From assembly GCA_964016885.1 (NCBI GenBank), contig OZ024749.1, forward strand, positions 18,042,001-18,106,000: a DNA stretch of 64,000 bases, read 5' to 3'. How positions within the stretch are numbered: the first letter of the stretch is position 1; every line of letters starts with the position of its first letter. The DNA comes from Eledone cirrhosa (Eukaryota). The notes below the pieces were generated by a model. That model did not search any database, had not been told where the DNA came from, and saw nothing but the letters and a program-made list of their open reading frames with translations. This document shows, piece after piece, positions 28,403-42,500 of the stretch. Made by a program: the position numbers and the translations under genes.

Positions 28403-31400
28403 CTAAAATAATCTATTTTTCGAAAAACCTAAAATAATCTATTTTTCGAAAAACCTTAATTAATCTATTTTTTTATACTTTTCGAAATATTTCAAAAATT
28501 GATTTTTTTGAAATATTTACTTCTGATTTCAAAAGCCTAAAATAATCTATTTTTCGAAAAACCCAAAATAATCTATTTTTTTATACTTTTCGAAATATTT
28601 CAAAAATTGATTTTTTTTGAAATATTTACTTCTGATTTCAAAAACCTAAAATAATCTATTTTTTTATACTTTTCGAAATATTTCAAAAATTGATTTTTTT
28701 TTAAATATTTACTTCTGATTCCAAAAATCTAAAATAATCTATTTTTCGAAAAACCTAAAGTAATCTATTTTTTTATACTTTTCGAAATATTTCAAAAATT
28801 GATTTTTTTGAAATATTTACTTCTGATTTCAAAAACCTAAAATAATCTATTTTTTTATGCTTTTCGAAATATTTCAAAAATTGATTTTTTTGAAATATTT
28901 ACTTCTGATTTCAAAAACCTAAAATAATCTATTTATTTATACTTTTCGAAATATTTCAAAGATTGATTTTTTTTGAAATATTTACTTCTGATTCCAAAAA
29001 TCTATTTCTTCGAAAAACCTAAAATAATCTATTTTTTCGACATATTTCAAAAATTGATTTTTTTGAAATATTTACTTCTAATTTCAAAAACCTAAAATAA
29101 TGTATTTTTTTTATACTTTTCGAAATATTTCAAAAATTGATTTTTTTGAAATATTTACTTCTGATTTCAAAAACCTAAAATAATCTATTTTTCGAAAAAC
29201 CTAAAATAATATATTTTTTTATACTTTTCAAAATATTTCAAAAATTGATTTTTTTGAAATATTTACTTCTGATTTTAAAAACCTAAAATAATCTATTTTT
29301 TTATACTTTTCGAAATATTTCAAAAATTGATTTTTTTTCAAATATTTACTTCTGATTCCAAAAATCTAAAATAATCTATTTTTCGAAAAACCTAAAATAA
29401 TCTATTTTTTTTATACTTTTCGAAATATTTCAAAAATTGATTTTTTTTGAAATATTTACTTCTAATTTCGAAAACGTAAAATAATCTATTTTTCGAAAAA
29501 CCTAAAATAATCTATTTTCTTATACTTTTCGAAATATTTCAAAAATTGATTTTTTTGAAATATTTACTTCTGATTTCAAAAACCTAAAATAATCTATTTT
29601 TCGAAAAACCTAAAATAATCTATTTTTCGAAAAACCTAAAATAATCTATTTTTTTATACTTTTCGAAATATTTCAAAAATTGATTTTTTTGAAATATTTA
29701 CTTCTGATTCCAAAAATCTAAAATAATCTATTTTTCGAAAAACCTTAATTAACCTATTTTTTTATACTTTTCGAAATATTTCAAAAATTGATTTTTTTTG
29801 AAATATTTACTTCTGATTTCAAAAACCTAAAATAATCTATTTTTCGAAAAACCCAAAATAATCTATTTTTTTATACTTTTCGAAATATTTCAAAAATTGA
29901 TTTTTTTGAAATATTTACTTCTGATTTAAAAAACCTAAAATAATCTATTTTTTTATACTTTTCGAAATATTTCAAAAATTGATTTTTTTTTTAAATATTT
30001 ACTTCTGATTCCAAAAATCTAAAATAATCTATTTTTCGAAAAACCTAAAATAATCTATTTTTCGAAAAACCTTAATTAATATATTTTTTTATACTTTTCG
30101 AAATATTTCAAAAATTGATTTTTTTGAAATATTTACTTCTGATTTCAAAAACCTAAAATAATCTATTTTTTTTATACTTTTCGAAATATTTCAAAAATTG
30201 ATTTTTTTGAAATATTTACTTCTGATTTCAAAAACCTGAAATAATCTATTTTTCGAAAAACCTAAAATAATCTATTTTTTTATACTTTTCGAAATATTTC
30301 AAAAATTGATTTTTTTGAAATATTTACTTCTGATTTCAAAAACCTAAAATAATCTATTTTTTTTATACTTTTCGAAATATTTCAAAAATTGATTTTTTTG
30401 AAATATTTACTTCTGATTTCAAAAACCTGAAATAATCTATTTTTCGAAAAACCTAAAATAATCTATTTTTTTATACTTTTCGCAATATTTCAAAAATTGA
30501 TTTTTTTTGAAATATTTACTTCTGATTTCAAAAACCTAAAATAATCTATTTTTCGAAAAACCTAAAATAATCTATTTTTCGAAAAACCTTAATTAATCTA
30601 TTTTTTTATACTTTTCGAAATATTTCAAAAATTGATTTTTTTTGAAATATTTACTTCTGATTTCAAAAACCTAAAATAATCTATTTTTCGAAAAACCCAA
30701 AATAATCTATTTTTTTATACTTTTCGAAATATTTCAAAAATTGATTTTTTTTGAAATATTTACTTCTGATTTCAAAAACCTAAAATAATCTATTTTTTTA
30801 TACTTTTCGAAATATTTCAAAAATTGATTTTTTTTTAAATATTTACTTCTGATTCCAAAAATCTAAAATAATCTATTTTTCGAAAAACCTAAAATAATCT
30901 ATTTTTCGAAAAACCTAAAATAATATATTTTTTTATACTTTTCAAAATATTTCAAAAATTGATTTTTTTGAAATATTTACTTCTGATTTCAAAAACCTAA
31001 AATAATCTATTTTTCGAAAAACCTAAAATAATATATTTTTCGAAAAACCTAAAATAATCTATTTTTTAATACTTTTCGAAATATTTCAAAAATTGATTTT
31101 TTTGAAATATTTACTTCTGATTTCGAAAACGTAAAATAATCTATTTTTCGAAAAACCTAAAATAATCTATTTTTTTATACTTTTCGAAATATTTCAAAAA
31201 TTGATTTTTTTGAAATATTTACTTCTGATTTCAAAAACCTAAAATAATCTATTTTTTTATACTTTTCGAAATATTTCTAAAATTGATTTTTTTGAAATAT
31301 TTACTTCTAATTTCAAAAACCTAAAATAATCTATTTTTCGAAAAACCTAAAATAATATATTTTTTTATACTTTTCAAAATATTTCAAAAATTGATTTTTT

Positions 31401-33524
31401 TGAAATATTTACTTCTGATTTTAAAAACCTAAAATAATCTATTTTTTTATACTTTTCGAAATATTTCAAAAATTGATTTTTTTTCAAATATTTACTTCTG
31501 ATTCCAAAAATCTAAAATAATCTATTTTTCGAAAAACCTAAAATAATCTATTTTTCGAAAAACCTAAAATAATCTATTTTTTTTATACTTTTCGAAATAT
31601 TTCAAAAATTGATTTTTTTTGAAATATTTACTTCTGATTTCGAAAACGTAAAATAATCTATTTTTCGAAAAACCTAAAATAATCTATTTTTTTGTACTTT
31701 TCGAAATATTTCAAAAATTGATTTTTTTTGAAATATTTAATTCTGATTTCAAAAACCTAAAATAATCTATTTTTCGAAAAACCTAAAATAATCTATTTTT
31801 CGAAAAACCTAAAATAATCTATTTTTTTGTACTTTTCGAAATATTTCAAAAATTGATTTTTTTTGAAATATTTACTTCTGATTTCAAAAACCTAAAATAA
31901 TCTATTTTTCGAAAAACCTAAAATAATCTATTTTTCGAAAAACCTTAATTAATCTATTTTTTTATACTTTTCGAAATATTTCAAAAATTGATTTTTTTGA
32001 AATATTTACTTCTGATTTCAAAAACCTAAATTAATCTATTTTTCGAAAAACCTAAAATAATCTAATTTTTTGTACTTTTCGAAATATTTCAAAAATTGAT
32101 TTTTTTTGAAATATTTACTTCTGATTTCAAAAACCTAAAATAATCTATTTTTCGAAAAACCTAAAATAATCTATTTTTCGAAAGACCTAAAATAATCTAT
32201 TTTTTTATACTTTTCAAAATATTTCAAAAATTGATTTTTTTGAAATATTTACTTCTGATTTCAAAAACCTAAAATAATCTATTTTTTTTATACTTTTCGA
32301 AATATTTCAAAAATTGATTTTTTTGAAATATTTACTTCTGATTTCAAAAACCTGAAATAATCTATTTTTGGAAAAACCTAAAATAATCTATTTTTTTATA
32401 CTTTTCGCAATATTTCAAAAATTGATTTTTTTTGAAATATTTACTTCTGATTTCAAAAACCTAAAATAATCTATTTTTCGAAAGACCTAAAATAATCTAT
32501 TTTTTTATACTTTTCGCAATATTTCAAAAATTGATTTTTTTTGAAATATTTACTTCTGATTTCAAAAACCTCAAAATAATCTATTTTTTTATACTTTTCG
32601 AAATATTTCAAAAATTGATTTTTTTTGAAATATTTACTTCTAATTTCAAAAACCTCAAAATAATCTATTTTTTTATACTTTTCGAAATATTTCAAAAATT
32701 GATTTTTTTGAAATATTTACTTCTGATTTCAAAAGCCTAAAATAATCTATTTTTCGAAAAACCCAAAATAATCTATTTTTTTATACTTTTCGAAATATTT
32801 CAAAAATTGATTTTTTTTGAAATATTTACTTCTGATTTCAAAAACCTAAAATAATCTATTTTTTTATACTTTTCGAAATATTTCAAAAATTGATTTTTTT
32901 TTAAATATTTACTTCTGATTCCAAAAATCTAAAATAATCTATTTTTCGAAAAACCTAAAGTAATCTATTTTTTTATACTTTTCGAAATATTTCAAAAATT
33001 GATTTTTTTGAAATATTTACTTCTGATTTCAAAAACCTAAAATAATCTATTTTTTTATGCTTTTCGAAATATTTCAAAAATTGATTTTTTTTGTAATATT
33101 TACTTCTGATTTCAAAAACCTAAAATAGTCTATTTTTCGAAAAACCTAAAATAATCTATTTTTTTTATACTTTTCGAAATATTTCAAAAATTGATTTTTT
33201 TGAAATATTTACTTCTGATTTCAAAAACCTAAAATAATCTATTTATTTATACTTTTCGAAATATTTCAAAAATTGATTTTTTTTGAAATATTTACTTCTG
33301 ATTCCAAAAATCTATTTTTTGAAAAACCTAAAATAATCTATTTTTTCGACATATTTCAAAAATTGATTTTTTTGAAATATTTACTTCTAATTTCAAAAAC
33401 CTAAAATGTATTTTTTTTATACTTTTCGAAATATTTCAAAAATTGATTTTTTTGAAATATTTACTTCTGATTTCAAAAACCTAAAATAATCTATTTTTCG
33501 AAAAACCTAAAATAATATATTTTT
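28403..33524. repeat. Second copy of the 8203-13324 block
   Basis: Same markers at offset 20200. One visible difference is C12170 vs G32370. Confidence 0.9.
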
Positions 33525-36500
33525 TTATACTTTTCAAAATATTTCAAAAATTGATTTTTTTGAAATATTTACTTCTGATTTTAAAAACCTAAAATAATCT
33601 ATTTTTTTATACTTTTCGAAATATTTCAAAAATTGATTTTTTTTCAAATATTTACTTCTGATTCCAAAAATCTAAAATAATCTATTTTTCGAAAAACCTA
33701 AAATAATCTATTTTTCGAAAAACCTAAAATAATCTATTTTTTTTATACTTTTCGAAATATTTCAGAAATTGATTTTTTTTGAAATATTTACTTCTAATTT
33801 CGAAAACGTAAAATAATCTATTTTTCGAAAAACCTAAAATAATCTATTTTCTTATACTTTTCGAAATATTTCAAAAATTGATTTTTTTGAAATATTTACT
33901 TCTGATTTCAAAAACCTAAAATAATCTATTTTTCGAAAAACCTAAAATAATATATTTTTTTATACTTTTCAAAATATTTCAAAAATTGATTTTTTTGAAA
34001 TATTTACTTCTGATTTCAAAAACCTAAAATAATCTATTTTTCGAAAAACCTAAAATAATCTATTTTTCGAAAAACCTAAAATAATCTATTTTTTTATACT
34101 TTTCGAAATATTTCAAAAATTGATTTTTTTGAAATATTTACTTCTGATTCCAAAAATCTAAAATAATCTATTTTTCGAAAAACCTTAATTAATCTATTTT
34201 TTTATACTTTTCGAAATATTTCAAAAATTGATTTTTTTTGAAATATTTACTTCTGATTTCAAAAACCTAAAATAATCTATTTTTCGAAAAACCCAAAATA
34301 ATCTATTTTTTTATACTTTTCGAAATATTTCAAAAATTGATTTTTTTGAAATATTTACTTCTGATTTAAAAAACCTAAAATAATCTATTTTTTTATACTT
34401 TTCGAAATATTTCAAAAATTGATTTTTTTGAAATATTTACTTCTGATTCCAAAAATCTAAAATAATCTATTTTTCGAAAAACCTTAATTAATCTATTTTT
34501 TTATACTTTTCGAAATATTTCAAAAATTGATTTTTTTTGAAATATTTACTTCTGATTCCAAAAATCTAAAATAATCTATTTTTCGAAAAACCTAAAATAA
34601 TCTATTTTTTTGTACTTTTCGAAATATTTCAAAAATTGATTTTTTTTGAAATATTTACTTCTGATTTCAAAAACCTAAAATAATCTATTTTTCGAAAAAC
34701 CTAAAATAATCTATTTTTCGAAAAACCTTAATTAATATATTTTTTTATACTTTTCGAAATATTTCAAAAATTGATTTTTTTGAAATATTTACTTCTGATT
34801 TCAAAAACCTAAAATAATCTATTTTTTTTATACTTTTCGAAATATTTCAAAAATTGATTTTTTTGAAATATTTACTTCTGATTTCAAAAACCTGAAATAA
34901 TCTATTTTTCGAAAAACCTAAAATAATCTATTTTTTTATACTTTTCGAAATATTTCAAAAATTGATTTTTTTGAAATATTTACTTCTGATTTCAAAAACC
35001 TAAAATATTCTTATTTTTTTATACTTTTTGAAATATTTCAAAAATTGATTTTTTTGAAATATTTACTTCTGATTTCAAAAACTTAAAATAATCTATTTTT
35101 CGAAAAACCTAAAATAATCTATTTTTTTATACTTTTCGAAATATTTCAAAAATTGATTTTTTTGAAATATTTACTTCTGATTTCAAAAACCTAAAATAAT
35201 CTATTTTTTTTATACTTTTCGAAATATTTCAAAAATTGATTTTTTTGAAATATTTACTTCTGATTTCAAAAACCTAAAATAATCTATTTTTCGAAAAACC
35301 TAAAATAATCTATTTTTTTATACTATTTTCGAAATATTTCAAAAATTGATTTTTTTTGAAATATTTACTTCTGATTTCAAAAACCTCAAAATAATCTATT
35401 TTTTTATACTTTTCGAAATATTTCAAAAATTGATTTTTTTGAAATATTTACTTCTGATTTCAAAAACCTAAAATAATCTATTTTTCGAAAAACCCAAAAT
35501 AATCTATTTTTTTATACTTTTCGAAATATTTCAAAAATTGATTTTTTTTTAAATATTTACTTCTGATTCCAAAAATCTATTTTTTGAAAAACCTAAAATA
35601 ATCTATTTTTTCGACATATTTCAAAAATTGATTTTTTTGAAATATTTACTTCTAATTTCAAAAACCTAAAATGTATTTTTTTTATACTTTTCGAAATATT
35701 TCAAAAATTGATTTTTTTGAAATATTTACTTCTGATTTCAAAAACCTAAAATAATCTATTTTTCGAAAAACCTAAAATAATATATTTTTTTATACTTTTC
35801 AAAATATTTCAAAAATTGATTTTTTTGAAATATTTACTTCTGATTTTAAAAACCTAAAATAATCTATTTTTTTATACTTTTCGAAATATTTCAAAAATTG
35901 ATTTTTTTTCAAATATTTACTTCTGATTCCAAAAATCTAAAATAATCTATTTTTCGAAAAACCTAAAATAATCTATTTTTCGAAAAACCTAAAATAATCT
36001 ATTTTTTTTATACTTTTCGAAATATTTCAGAAATTGATTTTTTTTGAAATATTTACTTCTAATTTCGAAAACGTAAAATAATCTATTTTTCGAAAAACCT
36101 AAAATAATCTATTTTCTTATACTTTTCGAAATATTTCAAAAATTGATTTTTTTGAAATATTTACTTCTGATTTCAAAAACCTAAAATAATCTATTTTTCG
36201 AAAAACCTAAAATAATCTATTTTTCGAAAAACCTAAAATAATATATTTTTTTATACTTTTCAAAATATTTCAAAAATTGATTTTTTTGAAATATTTACTT
36301 CTGATTTCAAAAACCTAAAATAATCTATTTTTCGAAAAACCTAAAATAATCTATTTTTCGAAAAACCTAAAATAATCTATTTTTTTATACTTTTCGAAAT
36401 ATTTCAAAAATTGATTTTTTTGAAATATTTACTTCTGATTCCAAAAATCTAAAATAATCTATTTTTCGAAAAACCTTAATTAATCTATTTTTTTATACTT

Positions 36501-39500
36501 TTCGAAATATTTCAAAAATTGATTTTTTTGAAATATTTACTTCTGATTTAAAAAACCTAAAATAATCTATTTTTTTATACTTTTCGAAATATTTCAAAAA
36601 TTGATTTTTTTGAAATATTTACTTCTGATTCCAAAAATCTAAAATAATCTATTTTTCGAAAAACCTTAATTAATCTATTTTTTTATACTTTTCGAAATAT
36701 TTCAAAAATTGATTTTTTTTGAAATATTTACTTCTGATTCCAAAAATCTAAAATAATCTATTTTTCGAAAAACCTAAAATAATCTATTTTTTTGTACTTT
36801 TCGAAATATTTCAAAAATTGATTTTTTTTGAAATATTTACTTCTGATTTCAAAAACCTAAAATAATCTATTTTTCGAAAAACCTAAAATAATCTATTTTT
36901 CGAAAAACCTTAATTAATATATTTTTTTATACTTTTCGAAATATTTCAAAAATTGATTTTTTTGAAATATTTACTTCTGATTTCAAAAACCTGAAATAAT
37001 CTATTTTTCGAAAAACCTAAAATAATCTAATTTTTTATACTTTTCGAAATATTTCAAAAATTGATTTTTTTGAAATATTTACTTCTGATTTCAAAAACCT
37101 AAAATATTCTTATTTTTTTATACTTTTTGAAATATTTCAAAAATTGATTTTTTTGAAATATTTACTTCTGATTTCAAAAACTTAAAATAATCTATTTTTC
37201 GAAAAACCTAAAATAATCTATTTTTTTATACTTTTCGAAATATTTCAAAAATTGATTTTTTTGAAATATTTACTTCTGATTTCAAAAACCTAAAATAATC
37301 TATTTTTTTTATACTTTTCGAAATATTTCAAAAATTGATTTTTTTTGAAATATTTACTTCTGATTTCAAAAACCTAAAATAGTCTATTTTTCGAAAAACC
37401 TAAAATAATCTATTTTTTTTATACTTTTCGAAATATTTCAAAAATTGATTTTTTTGAAATATTTACTTCTGATTTCAAAAACCTAAAATAGTCTATTTTT
37501 CGAAAAACCTAAAATAATCTATTTTTTTTATACTTTTCGAAATATTTCAAAAATTGATTTTTTTGAAATATTTACTTCTGATTTCAAAAACCTAAAATAA
37601 TCTATTTATTTATACTTTTCGAAATATTTCAAAAATTGATTTTTTTTGAAATATTTACTTCTGATTCCAAAAATCTATTTTTTGAAAAACCTAAAATAAT
37701 CTATTTTTTCGACATATTTCAAAAATTGATTTTTTTGAAATATTTACTTCTAATTTCAAAAACCTAAAATGTATTTTTTTTATACTTTTCGAAATATTTC
37801 AAAAATTGATTTTTTTGAAATATTTACTTCTGATTTCAAAAACCTAAAATAATCTATTTTTCGAAAAACCTAAAATAATATATTTTTTTATACTTTTCAA
37901 AATATTTCAAAAATTGATTTTTTTGAAATATTTACTTCTGATTTTAAAAACCTAAAATAATCTATTTTTTTATACTTTTCGAAATATTTCAAAAATTGAT
38001 TTTTTTTCAAATATTTACTTCTGATTCCAAAAATCTAAAATAATCTATTTTTCGAAAAACCTAAAATAATCTATTTTTCGAAAAACCTAAAATAATCTAT
38101 TTTTTTTATACTTTTCGAAATATTTCAGAAATTGATTTTTTTTGAAATATTTACTTCTAATTTCGAAAACGTAAAATAATCTATTTTTCGAAAAACCTAA
38201 AATAATCTATTTTTCGAAAAACCTAAAATAATATATTTTTTTATACTTTTCAAAATATTTCAAAAATTGATTTTTTTGAAATATTTACTTCTGATTTCAA
38301 AAACCTAAAATAATCTATTTTTCGAAAAACCTAAAATAATCTATTTTTCGAAAAACCTAAAATAATCTATTTTTTTATACTTTTCGAAATATTTCAAAAA
38401 TTGATTTTTTTGAAATATTTACTTCTGATTCCAAAAATCTAAAATAATCTATTTTTCGAAAAACCTTAATTAATCTATTTTTTTATACTTTTCGAAATAT
38501 TTCAAAAATTGATTTTTTTTGAAATATTTACTTCTGATTTCAAAAACCTAAAATAATCTATTTTTCGAAAAACCCAAAATAATCTATTTTTTTATACTTT
38601 TCGAAATATTTCAAAAATTGATTTTTTTGAAATATTTACTTCTGATTTAAAAAACCTAAAATAATCTATTTTTTTATACTTTTCGAAATATTTCAAAAAT
38701 TGATTTTTTTGAAATATTTACTTCTGATTCCAAAAATCTAAAATAATCTATTTTTCGAAAAACCTTAATTAATCTATTTTTTTATACTTTTCGAAATATT
38801 TCAAACATTGATTTTTTTTGAAATATTTACTTCTGATTCCAAAAATCTAAAATAATCTATTTTTCGAAAAACCTAAAATAATCTATTTTTTTGTACTTTT
38901 CGAAATATTTCAAAAATTGATTTTTTTTGAAATATTTACTTCTGATTTCAAAAACCTAAAATAATCTATTTTTCGAAAAACCTAAAATAATCTATTTTTC
39001 GAAAAACCTTAATTAATATATTTTTTTATACTTTTCGAAATATTTCAAAAATTGATTTTTTTGAAATATTTACTTCTGATTTCAAAAACCTAAAATAATC
39101 TATTTTTTTTATACTTTTCGAAATATTTCAAAAATTGATTTTTTTGAAATATTTACTTCTGATTTCAAAAACCTGAAATAATCTATTTTTCGAAAAACCT
39201 AAAATAATCTATTTTTTTATACTTTTCGAAATATTTCAAAAATTGATTTTTTTGAAATATTTACTTCTGATTTCAAAAACCTAAAATATTCTTATTTTTT
39301 TATACTTTTTGAAATATTTCAAAAATTGATTTTTTTGAAATATTTACTTCTGATTTCAAAAACTTAAAATAATCTATTTTTCGAAAAACCTAAAATAATC
39401 TATTTTTTTATACTTTTCGAAATATTTCAAAAATTGATTTTTTTGAAATATTTACTTCTGATTTCAAAAACCTAAAATAATCTATTTTTTTTATACTTTT

Positions 39501-42500
39501 CGAAATATTTCAAAAATTGATTTTTTTGAAATATTTACTTCTGATTTCAAAAACCTAAAATAATCTATTTTTCGAAAAACCTAAAATAATCTATTTTTTT
39601 ATACTATTTTCGAAATATTTCAAAAATTGATTTTTTTTGAAATATTTACTTCTGATTTCAAAAACCTCAAAATAATCTATTTTTTTATACTTTTCGAAAT
39701 ATTTCAAAAATTGATTTTTTTGAAATATTTACTTCTGATTTCAAAAACCTAAAATAATCTATTTTTCGAAAAACCCAAAATAATCTATTTTTTTATACTT
39801 TTCGAAATATTTCAAAAATTGATTTTTTTTTAAATATTTACTTCTGATTCCAAAAATCTAAAATAATCTATTTTTCGAAAAACCTAAAATAATCTATTTT
39901 TTTATACTTTTCGAAATATTTCAAAAATTGATTTTTTTGAAATATTTACTTCTGATTTCAAAAACCTAAAATAATCTATTTTTTTATGCTTTTCGAAATA
40001 TTTCAAAAATTGATTTTTTTGAAATATTTACTTCTGATTTCAAAAGCCTAAAATAATCTATTTTTCGAAAAACCCAAAATAATCTATTTTTTTATACTTT
40101 TCGAAATATTTCAAAAATTGATTTTTTTTGAAATATTTACTTCTGATTTCAAAAACCTAAAATAATCTATTTTTCGAAAAACCTAAAATAATCTATTTTT
40201 CGAAAAACCTTAATTAATCTATTTTTTTATACTTTTCGAAATATTTCAAAAATTGATTTTTTTTGAAATATTTACTTCTGATTTCAAAAACCTAAAATAA
40301 TCTATTTTTTTATACTTTTCGAAATATTTCAAAAATTGATTTTTTTTTAAATATTTACTTCTGATTCCAAAAATCTAAAATAATCTATTTTTCGAAAAAC
40401 CTAAAATAATCTATTTTTCGAAAAACCTTAATTAATCTATTTTTTTATACTTTTCGAAATATTTCAAAAATTGATTTTTTTTGAAATATTTACTTCTGAT
40501 TTCAAAAACCTTAATTAATCTATTTTTTTATACTTTTCGAAATATTTCAAAAATTGATTTTTTTTGAAATATTTACTTCTGATTTCAAAAACCTAAAATA
40601 ATCTATTTTTTTATACTTTTCGAAATATTTCAAAAATTGATTTTTTTTGAAATATTTACTTCTGATTTCAAAAACCTAAAATAATCTATTTTTTTATGCT
40701 TTTCGAAATATTTCAAAAATTGATTTTTTTGAAATATTTACTTCTGATTTCAAAAGCCTAAAATAATCTATTTTTCGAAAAACCCAAAATAATCTATTTT
40801 TTTATACTTTTCGAAATATTTCAAAAATTGATTTTTTTTGAAATATTTACTTCTGATTTCAAAAACCTAAAATAATCTATTTTTTTATACTTTTCGAAAT
40901 ATTTCAAAAATTGATTTTTTTTTAAATATTTACTTCTGATTCCAAAAATCTAAAATAATCTATTTTTCGAAAAACCTAAAGTAATCTATTTTTTTATACT
41001 TTTCGAAATATTTCAAAAATTGATTTTTTTGAAATATTTACTTCTGATTTCAAAAACCTAAAATAATCTATTTTTTTATGCTTTTCGAAATATTTCAAAA
41101 ATTGATTTTTTTGAAATATTTACTTCTGATTTCAAAAACCTAAAATAATCTATTTATTTATACTTTTCGAAATATTTCAAAGATTGATTTTTTTTGAAAT
41201 ATTTACTTCTGATTCCAAAAATCTATTTCTTCGAAAAACCTAAAATAATCTATTTTTTCGACATATTTCAAAAATTGATTTTTTTGAAATATTTACTTCT
41301 AATTTCAAAAACCTAAAATAATGTATTTTTTTTATACTTTTCGAAATATTTCAAAAATTGATTTTTTTGAAATATTTACTTCTGATTTCAAAAACCTAAA
41401 ATAATCTATTTTTCGAAAAACCTAAAATAATATATTTTTTTATACTTTTCAAAATATTTCAAAAATTGATTTTTTTGAAATATTTACTTCTGATTTTAAA
41501 AACCTAAAATAATCTATTTTTTTATACTTTTCGAAATATTTCAAAAATTGATTTTTTTTGAAATATTTACTTCTGATTTCAAAAACCTAAAATAATCTAT
41601 TTTTTTATACTTTTCGAAATATTTCAAAAATTGATTTTTTTTGAAATATTTACTTCTGATTTCAAAAACCTAAAATAATCTATTTTTTTATGCTTTTCGA
41701 AATATTTCAAAAATTGATTTTTTTGAAATATTTACTTCTGATTTCAAAAGCCTAAAATAATCTATTTTTCGAAAAACCCAAAATAATCTATTTTTTTATA
41801 CTTTTCGAAATATTTCAAAAATTGATTTTTTTTGAAATATTTACTTCTGATTTCAAAAACCTAAAATAATCTATTTTTTTATACTTTTCGAAATATTTCA
41901 AAAATTGATTTTTTTTTAAATATTTACTTCTGATTCCAAAAATCTAAAATAATCTATTTTTCGAAAAACCTAAAGTAATCTATTTTTTTATACTTTTCGA
42001 AATATTTCAAAAATTGATTTTTTTGAAATATTTACTTCTGATTTCAAAAACCTAAAATAATCTATTTTTTTATGCTTTTCGAAATATTTCAAAAATTGAT
42101 TTTTTTGAAATATTTACTTCTGATTTCAAAAACCTAAAATAATCTATTTTTCGAAAAACCTAAAATAATATATTTTTTTATACTTTTCAAAATATTTCAA
42201 AAATTGATTTTTTTGTAATATTTACTTCTGATTTCAAAAACCTAAAATAGTCTATTTTTCGAAAAACCTAAAATAATCTATTTTTTTTATACTTTTCGAA
42301 ATATTTCAAAAATTGATTTTTTTGAAATATTTACTTCTGATTTCAAAAACCTAAAATAATCTATTTATTTATACTTTTCGAAATATTTCAAAAATTGATT
42401 TTTTTTGAAATATTTACTTCTGATTCCAAAAATCTATTTTTTGAAAAACCTAAAATAATCTATTTTTTCGACATATTTCAAAAATTGATTTTTTTGAAAT